Positions 31,676-42,779 of a stretch of 64,000 nt of DNA are shown piece after piece. Source of the stretch: Nostoc sp. (GTDB taxonomy: Bacteria; Cyanobacteriota; Cyanobacteriia; Cyanobacteriales; Nostocaceae); contig JBALDB010000011.1 in assembly GCA_036918135.1 (NCBI GenBank), forward strand, positions 32,001 to 96,000, in the 5' to 3' direction. A program made the translations under genes and the position numbers. The notes below the pieces were generated by a model. The model was not told the origin of the DNA, did not search any database, and saw only the letters and a program-made list of their open reading frames with translations. Numbering within the stretch: the stretch's first letter is position 1; every line of letters starts with the position of its first letter.

Positions 31676-32020
31676 GGGTGAGATTCATCAAACAATTGTG
31701 GAAGGTACTGCTGCATCTTAGAGTAAAACTGAAGTTGCAGCTTTGAATGCGATCGCAGTTGATTGTATTGCCGATGCTGAGGTTATCTCTTTACCAAGAT
31801 TACCAGGATTATCAAATAACTCCTACCACGATTGACAGTTAACCAAGCGTGAAGTTAGAGGAATCACTTTTGCAGTTTTGACACTGACACCGCGACAATT
31901 GTTGTGGGATAGTCGGCATGGGTTGCGGTTCAATTTCTATTGAATGGATGCAAACTCATCCCCAATGTCAGCTGGTGGCGAGGAATGGCGGGGGTGACGC
32001 AATGGGTAGTTGTAAAATAA
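31676..32020 (+). pseudogene. Degenerate duplicate of the cbiET 3' region
   Basis: Colinear with about 30261-30558 and then about 30891-30941; carries stops, indels and an internal deletion. Confidence 0.88.
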
Positions 32021-32302
32021 CAAGATTGTGGTCTAAATACATGAAAACTATTGAATTTAAAATTGAAATTTCTATTCAGAATTAAATGTGAAATGTGATT
32101 ACGAGCAAAACGGAGTCAAGTGTACCACTTCCCTGCGGGACGCTACGCGAACGTGGAAGCAAGCTACGCAAAGCGTCTCGTAGAGAACTAGTCGCAAATA
32201 TTTTATCTTACGTTTTTCAATGTAGACCTACTTACTATCAAACTTAGATTGAAGATGTACTATGAATAAAGTACAAAGTGAATAATTAGTTACTAATGAA
32301 TA

Positions 32303-33208
32303 ATGATAAATCTAGAAAAGATTAGAAATCGAGAACAACGAACAGCATGGATTTTCTTACTACCTGCATTGTTATTGTTGTTACTCGTCTTTGGCTACCC
32401 AATAGCTCGTGCTTTTTGGTTAAGTTTCTTTACTGAAAATTTAGGAACAAAGCTATTCCCTATCTTTTCTGGTTTTAATAACTACATACGCATGGTAGGA
32501 GATGGTCGTTTTTGGCAGAGTTTTGGGACGACGATAGTATTCACTATATCAACAGTATTTCTTGAGTTATTACTCGGATTAGCTATTGCTTTGGTATTGA
32601 ATAAGCAGTTTTTTGGCAGAGATGTAGTGCGTACAATTGCAATTTTACCTTGGGCATTGCCTACTGCCCTTATTGGTCTTGCTTGGGCTTGGATTTTTAA
32701 CGATCAGTTTGGAGTTGTCAATGATATTCTGCTACAGCTAGGCTTGATTAAAGCTGGAATTAACTGGTTAGGAGATCCTCTACTAGCTATGATAGCCATA
32801 ATTGTTGCAGATGTATGGAAAACAACTCCATTTATTAGTGTCTTGCTATTAGCTGGTTTACAATCTATTTCTCCCGATTTGTATGAAGCTCATATGATTG
32901 ATGGCGCTACACCTTGGCAAAGTTTCTACAAAGTTACCTTACCTTTACTAATGCCACAAATCCTGATCGCTGTATTATTTAGATTTGCTCAGGCTTTTGG
33001 AATTTTTGATTTGATTGCTGTGATGACCGGGGGAGGGCCGGGTGGTGCAACAGAGGTAGTAGCATTGTATATCTACTCCACCATTATGCGCTATTTAGAC
33101 ATTGGGTATGGAGCAACATTAGTTATTTGTACTTTTATATTACTAACTGTGACGGTTGCTATTGTTAGTTTTTTACTTAAAAAATTTCAAATTAATACTT
33201 TTGAATAA
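32303..33208 (+). CDS. Carbohydrate ABC transporter permease
   Basis: LLLAGLQSISPDLYEAHMIDGA (EAA loop), TGGGPG; multiple TM segments. Confidence 0.92.
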   Translation: MINLEKIRNREQRTAWIFLLPALLLLLLVFGYPIARAFWLSFFTENLGTKLFPIFSGFNNYIRMVGDGRFWQSFGTTIVFTISTVFLELLLGLAIALVLNKQFFGRDVVRTIAILPWALPTALIGLAWAWIFNDQFGVVNDILLQLGLIKAGINWLGDPLLAMIAIIVADVWKTTPFISVLLLAGLQSISPDLYEAHMIDGATPWQSFYKVTLPLLMPQILIAVLFRFAQAFGIFDLIAVMTGGGPGGATEVVALYIYSTIMRYLDIGYGATLVICTFILLTVTVAIVSFLLKKFQINTFE

Positions 33209-33273
33209 CTGCAAACTTAGCCGCTAATAATATTTAAATTATCAAATTTATTTAACAATTAATCATAAAATTT

Positions 33274-33385
33274 GGCGTTGCTGAATCACAATATTAAATT
33301 TAAAAATCAATTTTTCTCAATTCTTACTCTCTGCGACTGAGTAGCTGGAGTGTGACATTAATTGATATTGCCACTCAGCAATGCC
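33274..33385. mobile_element. Possible MITE-like element with GGCGTTGCTGA / TCAGCAATGCC terminal inverted repeats
   Basis: 11-bp near-perfect inverted ends around an AT-rich interior. Confidence 0.45.
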
Positions 33386-33413
33386 TAAAATTTTAACTAA
33401 AAATTCTAAATTT

Positions 33414-33446
33414 TGAGTCACCAAAGTTAAGAGCTTCGGTGACTCA
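33414..33446 (-). terminator. Hairpin just downstream of the porin gene
   Basis: TGAGTCACC...GGTGACTCA stem. Confidence 0.55.
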
Positions 33447-33465
33447 GTACTATTTGAGTTAGCCT

Positions 33466-35253
33466 CTAAAACGTGAAAGTCGTTCTTAGCGTACCGATAA
33501 TTGCATCATCGTTAGCGCTGTTTTGACCAGGAGAGGTCAACCAAATCACGCCAGGGGTAATTGAGATATTATCTGAGACGCGATATCTATAGAAGCCTTC
33601 AAAGTGATAAGGCAGATCGTTACCAACAAAGCCTGGTCGATTACGGGAATAAGGTTCTACACCAGCAAAAACACCCAGTACGTTACCTTTTTTACCGAAG
33701 TCAGGTAAAGCTACTCCAGCACCGTAACTCCAAGCTTCATAATCATCATCTGCACCGAAGCCTGTGACATCATGATAAGAAATGAAGCCACTAATTGACA
33801 ATTTGTCACTAGGTCTGAAAGCTGCTTCTACACCATAAGAATTACTGGAAGATGCGTTTAGGGCAGTTAGGGTGTTAGCTTGACCCGTACCTACAAAGCG
33901 GTTAGTGCTACCCAAACCACCACCTAGATCGAATAAATTACCGCCTCCAGCACCATGATACCCGTGAACGTAGGTAGCAGCGATCGCTAAGCTATCGCCA
34001 ATACTAAAGTTCAACTGTCCTAAAGCAGCATAGTTACCCTCGAACAAACCTGCATTTAGCCCAGGCTCATTAGCATTTGACGCCAAGTAGCCTACAGTGA
34101 GCGAACTTGGTCTCAAAATGCTACCACCCTTACCAAAGGGTAAAGTTACTGCTGCGCCGGCACCACCACCTATGCGATAGATGGGACTTTCAGAAGCAAA
34201 GGAAGATAAGGCTCCATTACCACCATCGTAGTCCTCAAAGTAAGGGTTATTAGTGGCAACATAATCGCTGTGAATACCTCCGGTGGCCGCAAAGTAAACT
34301 TGGGCCGGGCCTATGGGTACGTAATACGCTAGCCAGTCTATAGCCACACTGTTGCTACCAGTGCTGCCGATTTGAAAAGTTTGTACGCCTTCGGCAGTAT
34401 CGATGGGCAAACCAGCATCATCCACTTGTGTAAAGGGTACTATATTTCCAGCTGCAAGACGTGTGTGCAGGACATCTCTACCCGTGAAGCTGGTTTGCAA
34501 GTCTAAACGTACCCTATCTTGGAAGACGGTATTGTTAGCATCACCAGTGTTACCGCCAAATATATCAGTAACCGCAAAAATACCTTCACCCACCAATTTT
34601 GTGGTAGTGGAAAACTGATTTGCTTCTAATTCAGCAGTACGTGCTTCTAAAGCATCTACTCGACCACGCAGAGTTGCTAACTCAGCTGAAAATTCTTCTT
34701 GCAAACGTTGGAGGGTTGCCAAATCCTGCTTCGTCACCAAGTCAGCGGTTGCTGTGGCAATCAGTTCATTAACCCGATCTAAACAAGCGTTTAAACCTGC
34801 GGCAAACTCATAACGAGTCATTGCTCGGTTACCACGGTAAGTGCCATTAGGGTATCCTGCAATACAACCGTAGCGTTCAACCAGGGATTGCAAAGCTTGG
34901 AATGCCCAGTCAGTTGGCTGTACGTCAGAAAACTGAGAAACTGATGTAACTTGAGACTGTGAATTTCGCTTCTTGCCTTCGTTGCTGTAGCGGTTAACCT
35001 GTTCTAAGACTTTATTATCATCATTATCATCAATTTTTGCTTGGGCAACCAAAAATCGATCGCCAGTTGGTTGCTCTGTTTTGAGCGATAGTGAAGCGCC
35101 AATAGCTTTTGGTGCTTCTGTCTGAACAGCTTTTGCTTTTGCATCTTTAAAAGAGCTTACTACTTCTGTAGCGATCGCCCTAGCGGAAACTAACACCGTC
35201 ACTCCCAAAACTACTGGACTTAGTACCAGAGTTTTCCACAATAAATGAGACAT
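33466..35253 (-). CDS. Cyanobacterial SLH-domain/OprB-type outer-membrane porin
   Basis: SLH FSDVQPTDWAFQALQSLVERYGC, coiled coil, QFSTTTKL, terminal RTTFTF. Confidence 0.95.
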   Translation of the reverse strand: MSHLLWKTLVLSPVVLGVTVLVSARAIATEVVSSFKDAKAKAVQTEAPKAIGASLSLKTEQPTGDRFLVAQAKIDDNDDNKVLEQVNRYSNEGKKRNSQSQVTSVSQFSDVQPTDWAFQALQSLVERYGCIAGYPNGTYRGNRAMTRYEFAAGLNACLDRVNELIATATADLVTKQDLATLQRLQEEFSAELATLRGRVDALEARTAELEANQFSTTTKLVGEGIFAVTDIFGGNTGDANNTVFQDRVRLDLQTSFTGRDVLHTRLAAGNIVPFTQVDDAGLPIDTAEGVQTFQIGSTGSNSVAIDWLAYYVPIGPAQVYFAATGGIHSDYVATNNPYFEDYDGGNGALSSFASESPIYRIGGGAGAAVTLPFGKGGSILRPSSLTVGYLASNANEPGLNAGLFEGNYAALGQLNFSIGDSLAIAATYVHGYHGAGGGNLFDLGGGLGSTNRFVGTGQANTLTALNASSSNSYGVEAAFRPSDKLSISGFISYHDVTGFGADDDYEAWSYGAGVALPDFGKKGNVLGVFAGVEPYSRNRPGFVGNDLPYHFEGFYRYRVSDNISITPGVIWLTSPGQNSANDDAIIGTLRTTFTF

Positions 35254-35616
35254 TTTTTATTTTCCTTTCCCAAAAAAGACCTAAAATCGGTGGGTTCAAG
35301 AAAAAGAGAATAAGCAATTATTCTACTTGTTGAAAATCTTATCAGATTGGAGTCAACTAAAGCTATATCTGTGAGACTTTTGAAGGATGAAGAATCGTAA
35401 AGCTTGGTAGAAGATGGCTTGTTTGATAAATCAAGCGTTGTCAGAATTTAGCACCCTGGAGTCAGAAGTCAGAATTTAGGATGATTAGTTTGTTGATTCA
35501 TCATCATGTTCTCGTGAATTCTGATGCCAAGCCACAAAGCGTCTCCAGCTTGGCTGTTGAATTGTAAAAAAGTCTTTGTTCTAGTATCTTGCTAGATTAT
35601 AAATTAAACAACTCTA

Positions 35617-35994
35617 TCAAGATTTGTAGTCAGAGCAATTAAATGCTTCTTTGGTTAGAGCAATAGAAGGATGCACTGCACATTTCAGATAAGAATTGTT
35701 ATTAAAAAAATGACACTTTTTACAGGGATGCTGCTGTACAGGTTTGATGTTTACTATTTCCTCTTTATCTTCTATTATATTTTGTGGGGGATCTTCTAGT
35801 GCTTTGCAGAAACATGAAACAAGATAAACAACGATTACCCAAGCAATCATGAAGCAAACGTGAGCTAAAAACACTGCTACAAAGGAAATATCTCCGTCCC
35901 GTACTTTTGTGTGATTATATGTTGTTTCAATCGGTTTAACTTCAATCAAGGTAGACTGATGAAGACTCTTATGGTTAAATAAATTTTGAATCAT
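35617..35994 (-). CDS. Hypothetical membrane protein with Cys-rich C-terminus
   Basis: One TM segment, then CKKC...LKCAVHP...C. Confidence 0.65.
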   Translation of the reverse strand: MIQNLFNHKSLHQSTLIEVKPIETTYNHTKVRDGDISFVAVFLAHVCFMIAWVIVVYLVSCFCKALEDPPQNIIEDKEEIVNIKPVQQHPCKKCHFFNNNSYLKCAVHPSIALTKEAFNCSDYKS

Positions 35995-36450
35995 TTGAAT
36001 TGAGAGATTGCTTGTTTGTTGGTTGAGCTGACAATAAGCAATTGTTGAGTGAATAGTAAAGAGAATGAATTTTTAGAGAGTGACTTTGAGAGCAAGAACT
36101 ATCATCGGATGAATTGCGATCGCTAAGATGTAATCTCCAGCACAAATAATAGAATTCTCCATTGTTGATATGACTTGATTTTTCTTAAAATTACCAAAAC
36201 AATATATTTAGTTAATAACTAAGCTTGAGTTAAATAAATATTATATTAAATTCTATTTGTAGAACTTAAAACACCAAATAGGCTAGACTTAAAGCTTTTT
36301 AAGACATATTTTTATTTAACTCTAATAATATTGTCCAACAATTTCTCCCAAAGTATATCTATCTAAAATATATTTTGAAAGTATATTGATTAGATTAAAA
36401 TAAACAAGATATATATTTATTGATTAGTTAAAAAGGTATATATTTAGAGA

Positions 36451-36543
36451 TATAGCCGTACTTACATAGATGAGGACATAATGACAAGCGTGAATACTAG
36501 CAACAGTAATAGTTTTACCTCCTATCTCCTGTCTCCTGCTATA
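36451..36543. mobile_element. 93-bp MITE-like dispersed element, copy 2
   Basis: Same ends and core as 7425-7517. Confidence 0.65.
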
Positions 36544-36655
36544 TATTTTTGCTATATAAATTTAATTTTTACCAATAAAAACAACCCCAATTTACCTAAT
36601 AAATCGGGGTTGTAAGGCTTGAATAAATAGCTTTTTTTAGCCAATTTTTATATTT

Positions 36656-37294
36656 CTATCCATTGATTTTATCCAAAGCTAAATTTAACTTCAATACATT
36701 AACTCCAGGCTCACCAAAGATGCCGAGAAAGCGAGCGTCGGTGTTTTGAGCAATTAAAGTTTCTAGTTGATTCGGTTGAACTCCCCGCGCTTTGGCTACT
36801 CGTGCAATTTGCGCTTTGGCGGCTTCGGGGGTGATGTGGGGGTCGAGGCTGGAACCAGAGGTGTAGACTAAATCGGCAGTCGGCTGTACGCCTGCTGTTT
36901 TCAGACGATTCAAGTCACCCTCAACTTTTTTGGTGGGGTCTGGGTCATCTTTTCCTTTAATGCGTTCTAGTAAGGCGGGATTACTGGGAGCTAAGTTACT
37001 AGCACCGGAAACTCCGGTTAGTAAAACTCCTGCATCGTCTTTTTTGGGATCGGCGGTGCTGTAGCTGGTGGTGCTGGGACGGCTGTTAAAATAGCGATCG
37101 CTACTAAAAGGTTGACCAATCAAGGCAGAACCGACAACTTGACCTGTACTATTTGTCAGTAGACTACCATTAGCTTGAAAGGGAAACACAATCTGTCCAA
37201 TGGCAATCATCAAAAAAGGATAAATAATCGCTCCTATTACCCAGAGTACCAAGGTTGAACGAATAGCTCTGCTGGCTTCGCGTGCAAAACTCAT
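36656..37294 (-). CDS. kdpC: K+-transporting ATPase subunit C
   Basis: QANGSL, LIGQPF, SGASNLAPSN, TSGSSLDPHI, VNVLKLNLALD; start MSFARE overlaps the upstream stop (TAATG). Confidence 0.95.
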   Translation of the reverse strand: MSFAREASRAIRSTLVLWVIGAIIYPFLMIAIGQIVFPFQANGSLLTNSTGQVVGSALIGQPFSSDRYFNSRPSTTSYSTADPKKDDAGVLLTGVSGASNLAPSNPALLERIKGKDDPDPTKKVEGDLNRLKTAGVQPTADLVYTSGSSLDPHITPEAAKAQIARVAKARGVQPNQLETLIAQNTDARFLGIFGEPGVNVLKLNLALDKING

Positions 37295-37563
37295 TAGAAT
37301 TTCTCCGGTACAAACATCACAAAAAATAAATAAATAGAAAGTCCTACTGTCACTAGTCCTAACAGTCCCACTCCCCAAGCTTGACTGCGCGTTAGTTGTT
37401 CGCTTGTGGCAGCATAAACTACAGGTGCAACTATTAAGTTGAAGCACATTGCTAAAAATAAATACAGTGGCAGCTTTTGTTTACGCCATTGACACCAGAT
37501 TTCAGTTATTGCTTCTGATACTTGGGATACAGAGATAGTGGGTTGTAGATGAAAGAATTTCAT
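37294..37563 (-). CDS. Cyanobacterial KdpG / extended KdpF-like subunit
   Basis: Two hydrophobic helices and a KdpF-like C-terminus YLFFVMFVPEKF; lies between kdpB and kdpC. Confidence 0.8.
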   Translation of the reverse strand: MKFFHLQPTISVSQVSEAITEIWCQWRKQKLPLYLFLAMCFNLIVAPVVYAATSEQLTRSQAWGVGLLGLVTVGLSIYLFFVMFVPEKF

Positions 37564-37570
37564 AAATAAA

Positions 37571-39712
37571 TTAAGACAAGGGCAAAATTATATCTATCAG
37601 TTTGATGGCAATGAAAGGAGCAATGATACCACCAACGCCGTAAATAAAGATGTTGCGGCGTAGCAATTGGTCTGCCGACAGAGGCAAGAACTTCACACCT
37701 TTAAGTGCTAAAGGAATTAGTGCCGGAATAATCAAGGCGTTGTAAATTAGTGCCGAGACGATCGCAGATTGAGCGCTTTTGAGTCCCATAATATTAAGTG
37801 CGCCGATTCCAGCCGCAGCAAAGATAGTCGGAATAATCGCAAAATATTTGGCGATATCGTTGGCAATGGAGAATGTTGTCAATGCTCCACGAGTAATCAG
37901 CAGTTGTTTACCAATAGTTACTAAATCAATCAACTTGGTGGGGTCAGAATCTAAGTCCACCATGTTAGCAGCTTCTTTAGCAGCTTGTGTCCCAGAGTTC
38001 ATCGCCAAACCCACGTTTGCTTGAGCTAAAGCAGGTGCATCATTAGTGCCATCCCCAGTCATTGCCACCAGTTTACCCTGGGATTGTTCGGAGCGAATCA
38101 CTTCAATTTTGTCTTCTGGAGTTGCTTCGGCGATAAAATCATCAACTCCAGCTTCTTCAGCAATCACCGACGCCGTAATCCGATTATCGCCTGTGAGCAT
38201 GACGGTACGAACACCCATCCGGCGGAGTTGGTCAAACCGTTCCTGCAAACCCGGTTTGACAATATCTTTGAGGTAAATTACACCATAAATTTTGTCATCC
38301 TGGCAAACAGCTAAGGGTGTACCCCCTAACCGGGAAACTCGCTCATTAGCTGCATCTATATCATCGGGAATGTAACCGCCACGAGAACGGACAAATCCTT
38401 TAATGGCATCCACCGCACCCTTGCGAACTTGTTTGCCATCGGGTAAATTTGTCCCACTCATGCGGGTTTTGGCGGAAAATTCCACACCTTCGGCTTTATC
38501 AAGATTAAAAACTACCGCAGCCTGGGATGTTTCTGCTAATGCCACAATTGACTTACCCTCTGGGGTATCGTCAAATAAGCTAGCAGCTAAGGAAACTTGG
38601 GCCACATCTGCGATTGAATGATTATCCAGGGGAATAAACTCATCAGCCATCCGGTTACCTAAGGTGATTGTCCCTGTCTTATCTAGCACCAAAGTGTTGA
38701 TATCGCCACAAGCTTCTACTGCTCGACCAGAGGTAGCAATGACGTTAAATTGAGCAACCCTGTCCATTCCAGCAATACCGATCGCACTGAGCAAACCACC
38801 AATAGTTGTGGGAATCAAAGCTACCAGTAATGAAATTAAAATCGCAACGCTAGCACCCGCACGCAAATTATTTCCCGCTTCAGTTCCAAATACGCTACTG
38901 ATAAAATTGGCGATATAGCTGACAAATGGTGGCATTGTCGCCACTACAATTAAGAACACCTGTGTCAGCACTGCTAGCAATACTGTCAAGGCAATCTCAT
39001 TGGGAGTTTTGCTGCGTTCTGCTCCTTCCACCAGTGAGATCATGCGGTCAATAAAGCCTTGACCGGGATCGGCAGTAATCTTAATCGTCAACTCATCGGA
39101 AAGTAGACGCGTACCTCCTGTGACCGAACTAGCTATATCTGTACCTGGTTGCTTCAATACAGGCGCAGATTCCCCAGTAATCGCAGACTCATCTACTGAG
39201 CCAATACCTTTAATTACCTCGCCATCGGCGGGAATCAAATTATTGGCAATCACCTTTACTAAATCGCCCCGCCGCAGTTCCGTAGAATTGACTTTTTCAA
39301 TGGAACCATCAGGGAGGATTTTATTAGCGATTGTATCCGATCGCGTTGTTCTTAGTGAATCAGCTTGAGCTTTGCCACGTCCTTCAGCTACAGCTTCCGC
39401 AAAGTTGGCAAAAACGAGTGTGAAAAACAAAATAAAGGTAATCAACCCATTTAACAAGCGTTGTTGGTTGACATTTGCCTCGACTGTACTAAACAAATTT
39501 GGGTTTAGGGTCACTAAAAATGTGACAATTGTCCCCACCCAAACAACAAACATAACAGGGTTTTTCACAGTAATTCGCGGGTCGAGCTTGACAAATGACT
39601 CACGAATTGCTCTTTGGTAAATTCCCCGCATATCTGCCTTGGGGGTATGCTTACGCGAGTCACGAGTTCCCGATGGCACGTGGGGCGAATGAGAATTAGT
39701 AGTACTTGGCAT
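37571..39712 (-). CDS. kdpB: K+-transporting ATPase subunit B
   Basis: [26 protein letters not shown]. Confidence 0.97.
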   Translation of the reverse strand: MPSTTNSHSPHVPSGTRDSRKHTPKADMRGIYQRAIRESFVKLDPRITVKNPVMFVVWVGTIVTFLVTLNPNLFSTVEANVNQQRLLNGLITFILFFTLVFANFAEAVAEGRGKAQADSLRTTRSDTIANKILPDGSIEKVNSTELRRGDLVKVIANNLIPADGEVIKGIGSVDESAITGESAPVLKQPGTDIASSVTGGTRLLSDELTIKITADPGQGFIDRMISLVEGAERSKTPNEIALTVLLAVLTQVFLIVVATMPPFVSYIANFISSVFGTEAGNNLRAGASVAILISLLVALIPTTIGGLLSAIGIAGMDRVAQFNVIATSGRAVEACGDINTLVLDKTGTITLGNRMADEFIPLDNHSIADVAQVSLAASLFDDTPEGKSIVALAETSQAAVVFNLDKAEGVEFSAKTRMSGTNLPDGKQVRKGAVDAIKGFVRSRGGYIPDDIDAANERVSRLGGTPLAVCQDDKIYGVIYLKDIVKPGLQERFDQLRRMGVRTVMLTGDNRITASVIAEEAGVDDFIAEATPEDKIEVIRSEQSQGKLVAMTGDGTNDAPALAQANVGLAMNSGTQAAKEAANMVDLDSDPTKLIDLVTIGKQLLITRGALTTFSIANDIAKYFAIIPTIFAAAGIGALNIMGLKSAQSAIVSALIYNALIIPALIPLALKGVKFLPLSADQLLRRNIFIYGVGGIIAPFIAIKLIDIILPLS

Positions 39713-39766
39713 AGATTAAATTATGGAAATAGGGGATTGGGCGTCCGGCAGAAGTCTTTAAACTGA

Positions 39767-40047
39767 ATTAATGGAGTTCTGAGGTTCATTAATGAGTATC
39801 AAAGACTCATTAATGGAGTTCCGAGGTGGATTAATGAATATAAAAGACTCATTAATGGAGTTCTGAGGTGGATTAATGAATATAAAAGACTCATTAATGG
39901 AGTTCTGAGGTGGATTAATGAGTATCAAAGACTCATTAATGGAGTTCCGAGGTGGATTAATGAATATAAAAGACTCATTAATGGAGTTCTGAGGTGGATT
40001 AATGAGTATCAAAGACTCATTAATGGAGTTCTGAGGTGGATTAACGA
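39767..40047. repeat. Tandem array of 13 alternating 21-bp units (42-bp dimer) between kdpA and kdpB
   Basis: ATTAATGGAGTTCYGAGGTGG alternating with ATTAATGARTATMAAAGACTC. Confidence 0.95.
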
Positions 40048-40098
40048 GTTTCTATAATTTTTTTGTTCTCCATCTCCCATCTCCCCACCTCTCCACTC

Positions 40099-41844
40099 CT
40101 ACCCAATACCTTTGGCAATAAAAAAGGCTTCACCAATGGGGCCTAATGCTAATACTGGGAAGAATGTAAGTGCGCCTAGAATTAAAATCACACCTGCGGT
40201 AACCCCTGTAAATAATCCGGTATCAGTTCGCAATGTCCCAGTGGTGTAGGGAACAGCTTGTTTGCGAGACATGCTATCTGCTAAGAACAGTAAACCTAGC
40301 ACAGGAATATAGCGTCCTGCCAGTAAACTAAAGCAGGTACTCAAGTTCCACCACAGTGCAGTTGCAGTGGTTTTTGTGCCTGTAGCTATTGCTAACGGCG
40401 AAGGTTGGGAATCGCCTAAGCCTTCAAACCCAGAACCATTGTTAGCAGCAGCGGAGGCGTATTCGTAGATAACTTGAGCAAAGCCGTGGAAACCAGGATT
40501 GCTAATTCCTGATAGTTGGTCGGGAAATGCTAAGGCGATACCTGCGGGAATCATAATAGCAATGGGGTGAACTAACAAAATCAAGAAACTAGCCAGTACA
40601 ACTTCCCGCTTCTCAATTTTGCGTCCGAGAAATTCTGGTGTGCGTCCCACCATTAATCCTGTAGCGAATACTGCCAGAATCAAGTAAGCAAATAGGTAAG
40701 CGGTTCCTGTACCCTGTCCACCCCAGATAATTTGCAAAAACATGTTGGAAAGGGTAATAAAACCGCCGTTGGGCATGAAGGAGTCGTGTAAACTGTTGAC
40801 AGCACCGCACATTGTACCGGTTGTACTGACCGCGAATAGCACAGATTGCGCCCAACCAAATCGGACTTCTTTACCCTCTAAATTCGGCTGCTGACTTCCC
40901 AACAATGCATTCACAGCTGGATTGCCGTTATATTCGCCAATGGCTGTAACGATAATAAATGCTACATAAAGCACGCCCACCATACCATAAACTAACCAAG
41001 CTTGCTTAGTGTTGTTAGCAAACAAGCCATAGGTGTAGATTAAGGAAGTGGGAATCGAAAGCATGGCGACAATTTGAATTAAGTTACTCAATCCGTTGGG
41101 ATTTTCAAAGGGGTGTGCTGAGTTGATGGCGAAAAAGCCGCCGCCGTTTTCACCTAATTGCTTGATAATTTCAAAATGGGCAACAGGGCCGCGAGCGATC
41201 GCCTGACTAATGTTAGGATTTTCCAAAGTAGGAAACACCGCAACACCCGCCAGTGTTTCTGGCACACCAGCCGCCATCAAAACAATCCCACCCACAATAC
41301 AAATAGGCAGCAAAATTCGTATAATCGAGCGAATTAAGTCTACATAAAAGTTGCCTAATGGTCTACCAGTTAATCCTCGAATAAAGGCAATTCCTACAGC
41401 CAAACCAGTCGCCGCTGAGGTAAACATGTGATAACCAAGTCCCCAGATTTGGCTGGCATAACTCATGTAAGTCTCACCAGAATAATGCTGCTGGTTGGTG
41501 TTAGTAATAAAGGAAATAGTAGTATGCAGTACTGTATCCCAAGTTGGCGCATTTATCTTAGTTGGGTTGAATGGCAGCCATCTTTGATTGATGATAATTA
41601 AGAAAATCAGCAACCCCATTGCAACATTGCTATACAAGATTGCCCGCCCATACTGCCAACCCGTCATATTTTCTTTAGCTTTAACGCCAACCAAGGAATA
41701 AAGCACTCGCTCAACTGGATTTAAAATTGGGTCGAGAAAAGTACTTCGTTCTAGGTAGACACGCGCCATATAGCGCCCAAAAAATGGAGTAATTGCTACT
41801 ACAATTAGTAGCGTGAATATAATTTGAATCCATCCTTCTAGCAT
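40099..41844 (-). CDS. kdpA: K+-transporting ATPase subunit A
   Basis: [44 protein letters not shown]. Confidence 0.97.
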   Translation of the reverse strand: MLEGWIQIIFTLLIVVAITPFFGRYMARVYLERSTFLDPILNPVERVLYSLVGVKAKENMTGWQYGRAILYSNVAMGLLIFLIIINQRWLPFNPTKINAPTWDTVLHTTISFITNTNQQHYSGETYMSYASQIWGLGYHMFTSAATGLAVGIAFIRGLTGRPLGNFYVDLIRSIIRILLPICIVGGIVLMAAGVPETLAGVAVFPTLENPNISQAIARGPVAHFEIIKQLGENGGGFFAINSAHPFENPNGLSNLIQIVAMLSIPTSLIYTYGLFANNTKQAWLVYGMVGVLYVAFIIVTAIGEYNGNPAVNALLGSQQPNLEGKEVRFGWAQSVLFAVSTTGTMCGAVNSLHDSFMPNGGFITLSNMFLQIIWGGQGTGTAYLFAYLILAVFATGLMVGRTPEFLGRKIEKREVVLASFLILLVHPIAIMIPAGIALAFPDQLSGISNPGFHGFAQVIYEYASAAANNGSGFEGLGDSQPSPLAIATGTKTTATALWWNLSTCFSLLAGRYIPVLGLLFLADSMSRKQAVPYTTGTLRTDTGLFTGVTAGVILILGALTFFPVLALGPIGEAFFIAKGIG

Positions 41845-42206
41845 TGGATTATTCCAACTCCGGCATTAATTATGTTGAGATAACTATTCGATATCTTTTT
41901 GCAAAAAACAAAAAATACAGAAGAATTAATTACTGATTTATCAATATGTACTTTTCAAGTCAATCATGAGGCTTTTTTTTGGGAAAAACAAGGTATAAAT
42001 TTATATTTAAACTTTGATATATGAGTAATATAGTTTTTCATAAATATAAATTTGTAGAGTGTTTATTTTGATATATACCTGTAAATATATAAATCCTAAA
42101 TTATCTGTAAAAACTGAGATACCCGACTTCTTTGAGAGGTAATCTACCAGTAGACGGCTTTCCACGAGATAATAACAAAGCCTTGCCAGATGACTATCTA
42201 TTATCA

Positions 42207-42749
42207 ATGTCCTTTGATAACCTGTGCAAACTACTTTCCGAAAAACATCCCCTCAATTTTGCTAGTTGGGTTTTGGGTATACCCTTCGGGTTCGCCAGTC
42301 GCCTGCGGAGGGAAACCCTCCCGCAGCGCTGGACTCACCGCAAACTTCTGTGAAAGTCCTCAAAACCGAATTAAGCATTGAACCGATTCGTGCAGATTAT
42401 GTTACGTTTTTACAACTACAAGAACGTATTCTCCACCTGGAATTTCAAACCAAACTAGAATCTACACCACCGCTACCCCTGCGGATGCTCAATTACTGGG
42501 TACGCTTGTATCGTTTGTATCGTCTACCCGTAACGCAAGTTGTGAGGACGGCAAGCAGAGGCGCGATCGCTCATTGTTCGTCAACTTACTCGACTGTTGG
42601 GAGAATTACCCAAAGAGGTGTTAGAACGGATTGAAACTCTCTCCTTAGAACAATTAGAAAATCTTGGAGAAGCTTTGTTAGATTTTCAGGCGATGCCTAC
42701 GGCGGTAAACTACGCAGATTTAGAAGCCTGGTTTAGTGCATTAGACTAG
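42207..42749 (+). pseudogene. Rpn/YhgA-like protein with C-terminal DUF4351, disrupted
   Basis: MSFDNLCKLLSE...LKTELSIEPIRAD...LHLEFQT...RMLNYWVR, then in another frame RSLIVRQLTRLLG...LEQLENLGEALLDF; 56-bp frameshifting insert and a large internal deletion. Confidence 0.82.
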
Positions 42750-42779
42750 CACAAGGATCGTTATTAAAACTCCATTGAG

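Noticed and set aside
36656..37447. ORF-track 263-aa version of kdpC
   Set aside because: The N-terminal 50 aa overlap the kdpG-like gene; the real start is most likely the ATG at 37294.
37294..37563. Extra small gene inside the kdp operon as a novelty
   Set aside because: It matches the kdpG / extended KdpF arrangement already described for cyanobacterial kdp operons.
39758..40047. CRISPR array or a real 84-aa protein (ORF 39758-40012)
   Set aside because: There are no unique spacers. The ORF is a by-product of a stop-free 21-bp period, with a TTG start inside the repeat.
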